A stretch of 64,000 bases of DNA, from the NCBI GenBank assembly GCA_038134595.1, contig JAYPVM010000001.1:4526-68525 (forward strand), given 5' to 3'. This DNA is from Pseudomonadota bacterium (GTDB lineage Bacteria; Bdellovibrionota_C; UBA2361; OMII01). The notes under the pieces were generated by a model. The model was not told the origin of the DNA. It did not search any database and saw nothing but the letters and a program-made list of their open reading frames with translations. How positions within the stretch are numbered: position 1 is the first letter of the stretch; each line of letters starts with the position of its first letter. Both the position numbers and the translations under genes were made by a program. Shown here in pieces: positions 29,303-39,233 of the stretch.

Positions 29303-31189
29303 TTAAACCGACGTTGCACCCTCACTACGGTACCGTTTGAGATATACCGAAAGAAGAGAGATAGTGCTCGGCGTCATCCCCGGAATCCGCATAGCCTGAC
29401 CAAGCGAGTCAGGGCGATGCTTCTTTAACTTCTCTCGCGCTTCATTACGAAGTTGCGTAACAGAATCATAGGGGAAATCCGCAGGGATTTTCTCTTTTTC
29501 AATCTTTCGAAGTTTCTTCACATCCTCTTCTTGCCTATCGAGGTAGCCACTAAATTTACATTCTATTTCAAGCGCGGCGCGAAGATCATCGGCAAGCTCC
29601 CCATCACACGGCTGATGCTTTAAAAGCTCCTCTATCGTTATCTGCGGACGCTTTAACAACTGTGCAAGTGTCACACTGTCTTTTAGTGCCGCTGTGCCTT
29701 GTGCTTCTAACCACGCATTCGTCTCTTCACTTGGTTTTATCCGAGTTGTTTGCAGCCACTTTGAAGCATACTCATATTGCCGTGTCTTACGTTCAAAACG
29801 CTCTAGCTGTTTCTCGCTTAGTAAATCAAGTTCAACTGCTTTCGGTGTCAGCCGTTTCATCGCATTGTCTTCACGGAGGATTAATCTGTACTCTGCCCGC
29901 GAGGTAAACATTCGATACGGCTCATCTACTCCTGTGGATGTCAGGTCATCAGTCATAACACCGATGTATCCTTCTCCCCTTCCAATGGTGAAGTGTTCTC
30001 TCTCCAAGACTATATGTGCGGCATTGATTCCAGCAATAATACCCTGCGCAGCGGCCTCTTCATAACCGCTTGTGCCATTTATCTGCCCGGCAAGAAACAA
30101 ACCAGCTACATCTTTTGTTTCATACGTTGGAGCAAGCTGTCGTGGATCAACAAAGTCGTATTCAACGGCGTAGCCTGGTGCTAAAAATTCAACATTCTCA
30201 AGCCCCGCTATCGATCGAATAAACTCCTGCTGTACGTCGATAGGAAGTGAGGTAGATATTCCGTTCGGGTACACAATGTCCGAAGTAAACCCCTCTGGTT
30301 CTAAAAACACAGTGTGGCTTAATTTATCGGCAAACCGAAACACCTTATCTTCGATAGATGGACAGTAGCGTGGTCCACCAGATTGGATCTGCCCATTAAA
30401 CATTGGGCTTCGCTCTTTGTTCGCACGGATAACGTCATGTGATTTTTCGTTTGTTGCTGTCATCCAGCACGATATTTGTGGCCTCTCAATAGCATCGGTC
30501 ATAAACGAAAACGGCTGTGGCCTCGCGTCTCCTGGCTGTTCTCTACACACTGAAAAATCGATACTCGAGAGTCGCAAGCGAGGGGGTGTTCCTGTTTTCA
30601 ATCTTCCGAGCGGAAAACCCAAAGCACGCAAAGAATCGCTTAGGCTATTTGATGCGATATCTCCCAATCGTCCGCCCGCAGTTTGCGTCTCGCCTGAATG
30701 CATCAGCCCACGCAAGAATGTTCCGGTCGTCACAACGACGGCTCTGCATGGTATTACACTCCCATCAGCGAGAATAACACCAGTTACTGCTTGTCCCTTT
30801 GTTTCAATTCCGCTGACTTCACCCTCAATGATTGAAAGATTTGGAACGGTTTGCAAATAACTCTGAATCCATCCTTTGTAGAGATCTCTATCGGCTTGCG
30901 CTCTTGAGGCCCGTGCGGCAGCTCCTTTACTTGTGTTGAGCATACGAAACTGAATACCGGTAGCATCGATAGCACGACCCATAAGGCCACCTAAGGCATC
31001 GACCTCCTTAACAAGATGTCCCTTTCCAACCCCACCAATAGCAGGATTACACGACATCTGGCCGATGCCGTCCTTTCTAAGCGAGACAAGCACTGTAGCA
31101 ACTCCTAAGCGCGCAGAGGCATACGCTGCCTCAACGCCAGCGTGGCCCCCTCCAACAACTACAATTTGATTAGTGCTTTGCTTTGACAT
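29303..31189 (-). CDS. mnmG: tRNA uridine-5-carboxymethylaminomethyl modification enzyme MnmG (GidA)
   Basis: FAD-binding N-terminus (VVVGGGHAGVEAAYASARLG) and full-length collinearity with GidA. Confidence 0.95.
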   Translation of the reverse strand: MSKQSTNQIVVVGGGHAGVEAAYASARLGVATVLVSLRKDGIGQMSCNPAIGGVGKGHLVKEVDALGGLMGRAIDATGIQFRMLNTSKGAAARASRAQADRDLYKGWIQSYLQTVPNLSIIEGEVSGIETKGQAVTGVILADGSVIPCRAVVVTTGTFLRGLMHSGETQTAGGRLGDIASNSLSDSLRALGFPLGRLKTGTPPRLRLSSIDFSVCREQPGDARPQPFSFMTDAIERPQISCWMTATNEKSHDVIRANKERSPMFNGQIQSGGPRYCPSIEDKVFRFADKLSHTVFLEPEGFTSDIVYPNGISTSLPIDVQQEFIRSIAGLENVEFLAPGYAVEYDFVDPRQLAPTYETKDVAGLFLAGQINGTSGYEEAAAQGIIAGINAAHIVLEREHFTIGRGEGYIGVMTDDLTSTGVDEPYRMFTSRAEYRLILREDNAMKRLTPKAVELDLLSEKQLERFERKTRQYEYASKWLQTTRIKPSEETNAWLEAQGTAALKDSVTLAQLLKRPQITIEELLKHQPCDGELADDLRAALEIECKFSGYLDRQEEDVKKLRKIEKEKIPADFPYDSVTQLRNEAREKLKKHRPDSLGQAMRIPGMTPSTISLLSVYLKRYRSEGATSV

Positions 31190-31662
31190 TCACTCTTCCC
31201 ACCTTAAATCGCATAAGGTAAGTGAGAATAGTACAGAGTGTCGCGTTCTTTCTCAAGAAAGGAGCCTTTCTGTCATATTTCGTTCCTCTTTTCACGGTCA
31301 CCGCACGCGCTCCGATGAAAACCATATTAAACCGGTGTTTAAGGGCTATATTGGTCAGTTTTATTTGATTGTTATAACTAAAAGTCTTGAAAACATTGAG
31401 AAGAATTACCTCAGCCCGACCCCTATGCTAATGACGCTAAAACACGACACTTTATCCGTATCTTCTACATCCTGACGGCAGACATGAAGTTTTTGAATTT
31501 AAAAAGTGCTACCGTTACTGTGTTTTTTGAATGAAGCGCTTTGAAAATACGTCAAAGTGCCTGAATAAAGCAAAAGCTTCGTATTTATAGACAGTTATGG
31601 ATATCCAAGTCCTTTAGCTGTCATTATTTGGAATCAACAGTCATACCGTTTGCATCGATTAA

Positions 31663-32445
31663 ATGAGTAAACAACTTCTTCACATCTTTGATGGCACACG
31701 TGGAGCAGTACGGCGAGGTATGACCGTTATGAATCATTTAGTCAGATATCTACATTCATGGATGGGACGTAACATACACGTTACGTGCGTGCTTTCGTCA
31801 GTGCTCTCTGTTTACTTGCTGACATACGGCTCTCTTACGACTCAACCAACACCGATAGGAGCCATGAAACACAGTGTGGAGTCTCGAGGCGCTATTGGCG
31901 CTCTTCTTTCGGTACAAGATAAAAAGCAGGTTGCGTTCGTCGCCTCACTTATCGAAACTCACCAGCCAGCATTGGAAGAGAGTGATTCGCTTGCTACGCT
32001 TATTGTTACAGAGAGCAAGCGCGCCAGAATTGATCCTTTGTTCGTTGCGGCAGTTATTCAAGCCGAAAGTAGTTTTAGACCAACCGCAGTTTCCTATCGA
32101 GGCGCTAAGGGACTAATGCAGTTAATGCCTGCAACGGGGCGTCATCTATCGAAACAATTAAACGTATACCTCAAAGACGCTACAGCACTACACGATCCAA
32201 AAACTAACATCAAACTCGGGATCGCATATCTAAAAGAACTTAATCGACGCTTTAAGGGCGACAAGGAACATGCGCTCGTTGCATATAACTGGGGACCCAC
32301 AAACGTTTCAAAGGCCCTTGATGGTCAGAAGCGATTCCCTCGATCCTCAGTGAAGTATGCTCGTTCTATTCTCTCTCGACGCAACTCCTGGGCACTTAAG
32401 ATGAATCATTTTGTTGCCCAAACTTCTATTCCAACTTTTGGATAG
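31663..32445 (+). CDS. Lytic transglycosylase (SLT domain)
   Basis: SLT catalytic motif AESSFRPTAVSYRGAKGLMQLMPATG, and an N-terminal TM/signal-anchor. Confidence 0.75.
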   Translation: MSKQLLHIFDGTRGAVRRGMTVMNHLVRYLHSWMGRNIHVTCVLSSVLSVYLLTYGSLTTQPTPIGAMKHSVESRGAIGALLSVQDKKQVAFVASLIETHQPALEESDSLATLIVTESKRARIDPLFVAAVIQAESSFRPTAVSYRGAKGLMQLMPATGRHLSKQLNVYLKDATALHDPKTNIKLGIAYLKELNRRFKGDKEHALVAYNWGPTNVSKALDGQKRFPRSSVKYARSILSRRNSWALKMNHFVAQTSIPTFG

Positions 32446-32511
32446 TGTTTTTTTTCCTATCTCAGAGTACACTGGGAAGGTAAACAGCTGCCCTAATACA
32501 CAAGATCTCAC

Positions 32512-33045
32512 ATGACGCCCAACGATCCTACACTCATTGCAATTCATCGCGAATTACACATTCCCTTTGACTATGCTACGGAGAGAAAACTTCCATTTTA
32601 TTCCCAAGTCGCATTATCTGAATTAATTGTAGCGCAGCTTGACGACGCAGGTAGACCTCTCATCCTTACCGCACCTGCTGCCAAGGCTCTCTCTGCGATG
32701 CGTAAAGCCGCTGGAAGTGCTGGAGTAGCACTGCTGCCTTTCTCGGGATTTCGCTCTTATGCCTATCAAAAGGGGCTCATTGAGCGAAAATTAACGCAAG
32801 GTCTCGACATCAAGACGATCCTGTCAGTTCTGGCTGCTCCCGGATATTCTGAACATCATACCGGTGAGGCGATAGACATTACTACAATTGGTTGCCCTCC
32901 TGCTACCGAGGCATTTGAATCTACCAATGCGTACTCATGGCTTGCAAAGCATGCTAGAGATTTTGGTTTTACCGAGAGTTTTCCACGAAACAATCCACAT
33001 AAACTCGTATTTGAGCCGTGGCATTGGAGATTTAAAGCTTCATAA
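32512..33045 (+). CDS. M15-family D-alanyl-D-alanine carboxypeptidase (VanY-like)
   Basis: Motifs SGFRSYAYQ, SEHHTGEAIDI and a terminal WHWR, typical of Zn-dependent M15B peptidases. Confidence 0.7.
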   Translation: MTPNDPTLIAIHRELHIPFDYATERKLPFYSQVALSELIVAQLDDAGRPLILTAPAAKALSAMRKAAGSAGVALLPFSGFRSYAYQKGLIERKLTQGLDIKTILSVLAAPGYSEHHTGEAIDITTIGCPPATEAFESTNAYSWLAKHARDFGFTESFPRNNPHKLVFEPWHWRFKAS

Positions 33046-33061
33046 GCGTTTTTAAAAAGCT

Positions 33062-33934
33062 CTATATTCTCTCAATGATTCCTTTAGACGAAACTCGAAT
33101 TAATTTATCGGTTTTAAGTCGAGAGACCTGTTCTTGTACTCTATTCTGATCAGCATCTAGAAGCGTAGCAAGTTTTCTGATGGATACCGAATACGGAGGA
33201 TGCAAGACAAGTTTTAGAATCTTGGCGGCGAGCTCTCGATTCGAACCATGAAACTTCGACTGACGAACGTACTGTGTGCTTCGCTGGTTCAGCGAGGAAT
33301 CGTATTTTTTTAAGACAACTCCGATATCCATCAACGAATAAAACCATTCCCGTGGATGATTTCGGTCCATCGTCTTATCAATAAGAACCATAATCTCCTT
33401 GTCGGTAACTTGTATACGCTCAGGAAAAAATGTGTGCGTGTAAACACATCGGATATTTGTCTCAATCATCGGTATCGCTATATTGTGCGCAAACACCGAG
33501 ATAGCCGCGGCCGTATAGGAGCCAATCCCTGGTAGTGATAAAAGCGTATCGTATTCTTTGGGAATGCGTCCGTTGAAACTTTCGCAAACGTATTGTGCGC
33601 ACGCATGCAAATTTTTGGCACGGCGATAGTATCCCATACCCTCCCATATCTTAAGCACCTCATATAACGGTGCCGCTGCCAACGCTTTAACGGTCGGAAA
33701 TCTCTCCAAGAACTTCGGATATCGTTCAGATACTCGAGAGGTTTGAGTCTGTTGTAGCATTACTTCACTTACTAGAATCCGGTATGGATTTCGGGTCTTA
33801 CGCCACGAGAAGTCTCGTCCGTGCTGCCGATAAAAAAGGCGGACAAGTCTACGAAATTCGGCCGATTGGGCCTTCAAATTAGACTTCTTGCAAGTTAGCG
33901 CGCCCAATCGGGCAATGTATATCTCGGGTTTCAT
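33062..33934 (-). CDS. MutY-like HhH-GPD DNA glycosylase, atypical (no Fe-S cluster cysteines)
   Basis: The N-terminal 120 aa are highly similar to MutY (ILVSEVMLQQTQ...YEVLKIWEGMGYYRRAKNLH). An HhH motif is present (LSLPGIGSYTAAAI). The C-x6-C-x2-C-x5-C cluster is absent, and the MutY catalytic-Asp position reads IETN rather than LDGN. The C-terminal 60 aa look like a winged helix. Confidence 0.7.
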   Translation of the reverse strand: MKPEIYIARLGALTCKKSNLKAQSAEFRRLVRLFYRQHGRDFSWRKTRNPYRILVSEVMLQQTQTSRVSERYPKFLERFPTVKALAAAPLYEVLKIWEGMGYYRRAKNLHACAQYVCESFNGRIPKEYDTLLSLPGIGSYTAAAISVFAHNIAIPMIETNIRCVYTHTFFPERIQVTDKEIMVLIDKTMDRNHPREWFYSLMDIGVVLKKYDSSLNQRSTQYVRQSKFHGSNRELAAKILKLVLHPPYSVSIRKLATLLDADQNRVQEQVSRLKTDKLIRVSSKGIIERI

Positions 33935-34035
33935 CTCTTAGGCACTGCATGCTGTAGCTAACAAGAACGATATCACCTCGCTGTAAATATTGGTATACTA
34001 TCCGCAGCGCTGCCCAAACTAACTATCTTTTTGCT

Positions 34036-34749
34036 ATGGCCTTACCGACCCTGACCTCGCTATACCTCTATCAAGATGAGTATATCTTTGCTCTTAACAA
34101 ACCGGCTGGTCTGCATTCTGTCGGACTTAAATCCGGAGGAGGTGCGTCACTTGCTGATCTACTACTTGCTCACAGTCCTGATTTAGCTACCATTTCTAAA
34201 CAGGAATGCGATGCAGGGCTCGTACAGCGATTAGATTTTGATACAAGTGGAATTATACTTGGCGCAAAGACAAAAGAAGCCTGGACGCTTCTTCATAAAG
34301 AAATTACAAGCGGCGCGCTTATCAAGCGATACATTGCTCTCGTAGATGGAGACTTTAGAGAATCCGCTACAATCTCATCATACATAGGTTCTCCAAACCG
34401 GGGGGCTAAAAAGATGCGTAGCTATAAAGATCTGCCTACTGGAAATATCCGTGCACTATTCGGGACGAGTAACTTCGTACCGTTTAAAACAACCGAAAAT
34501 AATTTCAGAACATTTGTAGAGGTTTCGGCATCTCCGGCAAGACGGCATCAGGTAAGGGTGCATGCAGCTCAGCTCGGCCATCCTCTTACCGGGGACACCC
34601 TCTACGGATCAACACAGTGCTTACCGAACAAGCTGCAGCAAACGTCTCGCGCTTTTTTCTTACACGCCCATTATATCAAAGGAATTCATCCAATCACAAA
34701 ACAGCCTATAGAAATTCACAGCTGCCTTGAACACGTGGGAATCGGGTAA
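34036..34749 (+). CDS. RluA-family pseudouridine synthase
   Basis: ALNKPAGLHSV and the catalytic-Asp motif HRLDFDTSGIIL. Confidence 0.8.
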   Translation: MALPTLTSLYLYQDEYIFALNKPAGLHSVGLKSGGGASLADLLLAHSPDLATISKQECDAGLVQRLDFDTSGIILGAKTKEAWTLLHKEITSGALIKRYIALVDGDFRESATISSYIGSPNRGAKKMRSYKDLPTGNIRALFGTSNFVPFKTTENNFRTFVEVSASPARRHQVRVHAAQLGHPLTGDTLYGSTQCLPNKLQQTSRAFFLHAHYIKGIHPITKQPIEIHSCLEHVGIG

Positions 34750-34801
34750 TCTATCTTTTGCGCTTCACGTAAAGTCATCTATAACAAAAGTCGTATTTAT
34801 T

Positions 34802-35257
34802 TCATTTGAAGTTAAAATCATCGAGGCCTTTCCTGACACATGCTAGATTACTAGCAAGCACCTCTGCATCCCAACGGATACTACCGACACCTTCTCCAAA
34901 TTCAGATTCCTGTTCCAATGTTACAGCCGTCTCCTCCAGCCCCCAAATCGCCGCTTGAATATGCCCTGCAAATTCCATCAAACCGAGCATCTGCCGTTGT
35001 TCGCTTTTTTGACTTTCGATCTGCACCACGCGCTGTATCACCGCAGATAAGAGTTCAGTGAGAGCCTCAACTCGCATCAAGGGTGCTGTAAGTTCTGACA
35101 GGTAATCCTCTGATACTCCATGATGAAGAGATGATGCCTCGCGTCTTTGCATAGCCTCTTCTCGGCAGGCTTTTCCAAGCCTGCCAATAGAACTCATTAC
35201 CATGAGATGTCCATCAGAATCTGGATGGCACGAGCCCCATTGTAATTTTCGGGTCAT
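34802..35257 (-). CDS. Hypothetical protein (151 aa)
   Basis: ORF only; I recognise no motif. Confidence 0.35.
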   Translation of the reverse strand: MTRKLQWGSCHPDSDGHLMVMSSIGRLGKACREEAMQRREASSLHHGVSEDYLSELTAPLMRVEALTELLSAVIQRVVQIESQKSEQRQMLGLMEFAGHIQAAIWGLEETAVTLEQESEFGEGVGSIRWDAEVLASNLACVRKGLDDFNFK

Positions 35258-35463
35258 ACGTCACAAGCCCTAATCAGACGGTTCTTTACGCCAAATACTC
35301 ACTCTCTTCGTTGATAAGAAAATGTACGCCACTCTGGCATTCGTTCATGTAAGCCTAAAAACATCCGCACTCATACGCAAGAAAATAGTAATAGATGTGG
35401 AGCCTAATTGATTACTCCATTAACTAGATAGGATTCTGCGCGATAAATACCACGAAGTCGATT

Positions 35464-36261
35464 TTATCCCCTCGGCTCCCTCTTTGCGATCAAAAATTTA
35501 GACTCTTCCCTTAAGCGTTTCATTCGATCGACAGTCAGAGGATGACTCCGAAGAAGAAAACTCCACCGGCTCTCTCCATTTTCGTACTGCTCATGAATTT
35601 TTTCAAAAAATTCAAGATATGAATCACTTGGCCCCAAAACCTGTGAGGCCAGATCAAGACCGATGCTATCAGCTTCATACTCCTGTGCTCGTGAATGGGC
35701 CGAGGACATCATGTGAATAGCTAACGAACTCGCGGTTCCAGAGGTCTCTTCCAATACGTACAGTTGAATCACTGTCCAAATAAGAGAGCGACCAATAGCT
35801 CGTAGAACGTGGCGCTTCTGCTGGTGGCCTAACTCGTGTCCTAAAACCATTGCAAGCCCCTCTTCGTGCTCTACCAACTCAAGAAGCCCCCGAGTTACAC
35901 CCACACCTCCTCCAGGAATCGCAAAGGCATTCGGCTCCTTCATGTCTACGTACAGAAGTTTATACGGTAACGGCCGAAGAGAGCCTGCTCGAACCAATCG
36001 TTCGAAGAGCTGCTCTGCCCTTCGATACTTCTCGGCTACAAATCCTTTTTTGGGAGCATGTGCTTCCATACCTGCAAATAGTTTTGCCTCGAGTCGCTCC
36101 GGAATCTGCTCGGCAATGGTATCGGCGACGACTCCAAGCACGGCGTAGCCAACGACAAAGGCGACACCGAGGAGAACCAGTAGTTTCGCAAACTCATATT
36201 TCGGAGAATCTCCCCGGGAGATGTCTACTGTATCCTTTAATTCCTTGACTACATGCTTCAT
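35464..36261 (-). CDS. M48-family zinc metallopeptidase (HtpX-like), membrane-anchored
   Basis: N-terminal TM helix and HELGHQQKRH (HExxH). Its start overlaps the stop of the upstream ybjQ-like gene. Confidence 0.8.
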   Translation of the reverse strand: MKHVVKELKDTVDISRGDSPKYEFAKLLVLLGVAFVVGYAVLGVVADTIAEQIPERLEAKLFAGMEAHAPKKGFVAEKYRRAEQLFERLVRAGSLRPLPYKLLYVDMKEPNAFAIPGGGVGVTRGLLELVEHEEGLAMVLGHELGHQQKRHVLRAIGRSLIWTVIQLYVLEETSGTASSLAIHMMSSAHSRAQEYEADSIGLDLASQVLGPSDSYLEFFEKIHEQYENGESRWSFLLRSHPLTVDRMKRLREESKFLIAKREPRG

Positions 36262-36698
36262 TTCGAAAGGTAAATGGCGGTTCCATATGCGAGAACCTCA
36301 ACCGTACCTACAGCTCTTCCTTGTCCATTGGAGAGCGTAGATGTTTCTATCCGACAATTTACAAAATAATCCGCGTGAGGATGGCTTTCCTTCATCCTCA
36401 GAAACGCTTCACGTCTTGCCCTGTCGATAAGAGAGGCATACGAGGCTACTTCTCCACCAAAAATATTTCTCAAGCCTGCCAGAAACCGCTTGAAGCGATC
36501 TATGGACACGACAACCGAGCCATACGCTAGCGTCGCCTCTGAAATCCGCTGCTGATCTCCCTCTTGAACTGTCTTTCGAGTACTGATGGGTACACGAAGC
36601 GTCTCTTTTTCTCGCGCCGCAATCGAGCGATAATGCTTACGCTCAACAGCTGTTCCTATGAGATACGCTCCCCCTAGAATAAAAATTATCTCAAACAT
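36258..36698 (-). CDS. YbjQ/UPF0145-family protein with an N-terminal TM helix
   Basis: The C-terminal domain has the YbjQ pattern (ASYASLIDRARREA...VGTVEVLAYGTAIYL). Predicted N-terminal TM (IIFILGGAYLIGTAV). Confidence 0.7.
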   Translation of the reverse strand: MFEIIFILGGAYLIGTAVERKHYRSIAAREKETLRVPISTRKTVQEGDQQRISEATLAYGSVVVSIDRFKRFLAGLRNIFGGEVASYASLIDRARREAFLRMKESHPHADYFVNCRIETSTLSNGQGRAVGTVEVLAYGTAIYLSK

Positions 36699-37012
36699 TA
36701 AGAGACCTTCACTGCAGTTCCGTAGGCCAATATCTCTGCTGCCCCTTGCGCGACTGACGAGGTTGAAAACCTCACATTGACAATCGCATTTGCCCCCATC
36801 TCCTGCGCCTGCCGAATCATCCTAGAAAGCGCCTCCTCTCGAGACTCTACAAGGAGTTCAGTATAGCCCTTAAGTTCACCTCCAAAGATATTCTTAAGGC
36901 TTGCCATCATATCGCGTCCAACGTGCTTTGCTCGTATCGTGCTTCCCTGTACGATTCCGTAATGCTCATCTATCGCTTTTCCAGGAACAGTTTCTAAATT
37001 TGTCACTATCAT
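36698..37012 (-). CDS. YbjQ/UPF0145-family protein (soluble paralog)
   Basis: Full-length YbjQ-like (GIVQGSTIRAKHVGRD...GYTELLVESREEAL...ILAYGTAVKV). Translationally coupled to the downstream paralog. Confidence 0.8.
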   Translation of the reverse strand: MIVTNLETVPGKAIDEHYGIVQGSTIRAKHVGRDMMASLKNIFGGELKGYTELLVESREEALSRMIRQAQEMGANAIVNVRFSTSSVAQGAAEILAYGTAVKVS

Positions 37013-37089
37013 GATTCCCCTCCCTATTCGAACGTTGGGACCACTTACCCTCTCAATGATAAGGCAGCTCAGCTTAGGTTGCCAATCTA

Positions 37090-37135
37090 TTTTTAGGACC
37101 TACAGACTTCATGCATCGCTACGAGGCCCTAAAAA
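37090..37135. promoter_or_regulatory. Near-perfect 11-bp inverted repeat (TTTTTAGGACC...GGCCCTAAAAA) in the divergent ybjQ/cysK intergenic region
   Basis: 10 of 11 positions are complementary across a 24-nt spacer that itself contains an ATGCAT palindrome. No gene end is nearby, so this reads as an operator or structured element rather than a terminator. Confidence 0.35.
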
Positions 37136-37203
37136 CACCTTAGACTATCGCTCCGATTTGACCTATCGTTAGAACCAGAACAAGTTAAATCGGAAAATCC
37201 CCT

Positions 37204-38130
37204 ATGCGCTTACATTCAATCCTCGAAGCTATCGGAAACACGCCTCACCTAAGACTGAACAAGCTCTTTGGAGAAACGCATTCCATCTGGATGAAACTAG
37301 AGAGAACAAATCCTGCCGGAAGCATTAAGGATAGGATAGCCCTTGCGATGATAGAGGATGCTGAGAGTCGTGGGGCATTAAAAGCCGGGGGCGTTATCAT
37401 AGAACCTACTTCAGGAAACACCGGCGTTGCACTTGCAATGATAGCGGCGGTCAAAGGTTACAGAGCGATAATTGTTATGCCTGAGTCGATGTCGGTTGAG
37501 CGTAGGACTTTAATCAAAGGGTTCGGCGCAACGCTGGTTCTTACGCCACGTGAATTGGGAATGAAGGGTGCTATCGAAAAAGCGCTCGAGCTTGCGGCAT
37601 TGACTCCTAACGCATGGATCCCACAACAATTTGAAAACCCCGCAAATCCACGTGTTCACGAGGAGACTACAGCAAACGAGATCCGCGCCGATTTTCCTGA
37701 AGGGATAGATTACCTCATCACAGGTATCGGAACCGGTGGGCACATCACGGGATGTGCCCGTGTTCTTAAAGAATACATGCCGAACCTTACCGTCATCGGT
37801 GTGGAGCCCGCAGCATCTCCGGTTCTAAGCGGAGGAGATCCTTCACCACACCCTATTCAAGGAATCGGTGCGGGATTCATTCCGACAAACTGCGACACGG
37901 CAATAATAGACAGCTTTATCACTGTAACAAACGAGGACGCCTTTCACTATGCACAGCAGGCGATGCAGAAAGAAGGGCTTTGTATCGGCATCTCCTCTGG
38001 AGCATCCCTAGCAGCTGTAGCTAAGGCGCTTCCAACTATTCCCGAAGGGAGCACTGTGCTCACTTTTTGTTACGACACGGGCGAACGGTATGTTTCCAAC
38101 ACCAATTTATTTCCTTCTGATCAAGCGTAA
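37204..38130 (+). CDS. cysK: Cysteine synthase A (O-acetylserine sulfhydrylase)
   Basis: [15 protein letters not shown] (PLP Lys), [10 protein letters not shown] and [10 protein letters not shown]. Confidence 0.9.
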   Translation: MRLHSILEAIGNTPHLRLNKLFGETHSIWMKLERTNPAGSIKDRIALAMIEDAESRGALKAGGVIIEPTSGNTGVALAMIAAVKGYRAIIVMPESMSVERRTLIKGFGATLVLTPRELGMKGAIEKALELAALTPNAWIPQQFENPANPRVHEETTANEIRADFPEGIDYLITGIGTGGHITGCARVLKEYMPNLTVIGVEPAASPVLSGGDPSPHPIQGIGAGFIPTNCDTAIIDSFITVTNEDAFHYAQQAMQKEGLCIGISSGASLAAVAKALPTIPEGSTVLTFCYDTGERYVSNTNLFPSDQA

Positions 38131-38852
38131 TGATTGACGAAACAACCGTTCTCATCGGCGTCGGCCTTCTTGTCGGCTTTGTCAAAACCGGACTTCCCGC
38201 AGGAGGAATTTTTGTTCCTGTGCTCATGGCACTTGCCTTTCCGGCACGCGCTTCTGTGGCAATTCTACTACCGTATTTGATCGTTGGAGATGTAATCGCA
38301 GTCTGTCTCTATCGAAAAAAAGCAAATCTTCGAGAGGTCAAAAGAGTTTTTCCTTGGATCTTTGTAGGTATTCTTATGGGTGTCTGCATACTTGGCATTG
38401 TCAACGAACAGCTCTTCAAGACGCTCTTTGGTGGATTAATACTAGCTCTAATCGCATTCGACTCAGCACGAAGTGCTCTTAGAAATACAACGTTTCCAAC
38501 ATGGGCGAAGCGATCTCTTGGAGTAAGCGCTGGTGTCGCAACAGCGCTGGCAAATGCTGCGGGACCGCTCATGGCGGTATATCTACTTATCATGAAACTG
38601 GATAAACATGCATTCATGGGCACTACAGCGGTGCTCTTTTGCATAGTAAATATATCAAAGGTTCCATTCTATGCTTCTCTTGGATTGTTCCAGCTTCAGT
38701 ACGTGCTTCTTTGGCTCGTGAGCATCCCAGTCATTCTTATCGGTGCATTTCTAGGGAAGCTCTTCGTTGATAAAATATCTCAACGCACATTTTCTCTCCT
38801 GATCCGCGTACTTACTGTGGTGGCTGGGGGTATCCTGCTAGGGCTCATATAA
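38130..38852 (+). CDS. TSUP-family (TauE/SafE) sulfite/sulfur-anion exporter-like membrane protein
   Basis: 240 aa with about 8 TM helices and internal repeat architecture. Glycine-rich TM segments are typical of TSUP. The start overlaps the cysK stop (ATGA). Confidence 0.6.
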   Translation: MIDETTVLIGVGLLVGFVKTGLPAGGIFVPVLMALAFPARASVAILLPYLIVGDVIAVCLYRKKANLREVKRVFPWIFVGILMGVCILGIVNEQLFKTLFGGLILALIAFDSARSALRNTTFPTWAKRSLGVSAGVATALANAAGPLMAVYLLIMKLDKHAFMGTTAVLFCIVNISKVPFYASLGLFQLQYVLLWLVSIPVILIGAFLGKLFVDKISQRTFSLLIRVLTVVAGGILLGLI

Positions 38853-38945
38853 GGGCACAAAACATTAGCTAGTCTATATCGTGTGTTTACGGTACCTTCT
38901 GTAGAGTAGCTTACAAACATCTTCTTACTGAAGAGAGAGAACACA

Positions 38946-39233
38946 ATGATTAAAGGCTTTCTTTTAACCCTATTGATAACGGTGTCAACTGGATGCCTGT
39001 ACTCAAATGTGCGTTTTCCGCTTGATAAAGATCTCTGGAAGACTGAACTTGGCACAAAAGTGGGCGTATCCTCAAACCACTCCGTTGCTTGGCTAGTAGC
39101 TTGGGGGGATGCTGGTGTTGAAGCCGCTGCGAAAAATGGCGACATTCAAACTATCAATCATATGGACATGGGTATAGAGAGCTACGTCTTTGGGCTCTAT
39201 ACTCGCAGAGATACAATCGTATATGGAGAGTAA
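38946..39233 (+). CDS. TRL-like small lipoprotein
   Basis: Lipobox (VSTGCLYS) and a C-terminal ...IVYGE motif shared with the downstream paralog. Confidence 0.5.
   Translation: MIKGFLLTLLITVSTGCLYSNVRFPLDKDLWKTELGTKVGVSSNHSVAWLVAWGDAGVEAAAKNGDIQTINHMDMGIESYVFGLYTRRDTIVYGE

Noticed and set aside
31190-31662. Possible oriC in the 475-bp AT-rich region upstream of mnmG (gidA), by analogy with the E. coli gidA-oriC arrangement.
   Set aside because: Only one weak DnaA-box-like 9-mer (TTATCCGTA) is visible. There is no cluster of TTATCCACA-type boxes or an obvious DUE repeat set. I cannot compute GC skew here. Left as unproven.
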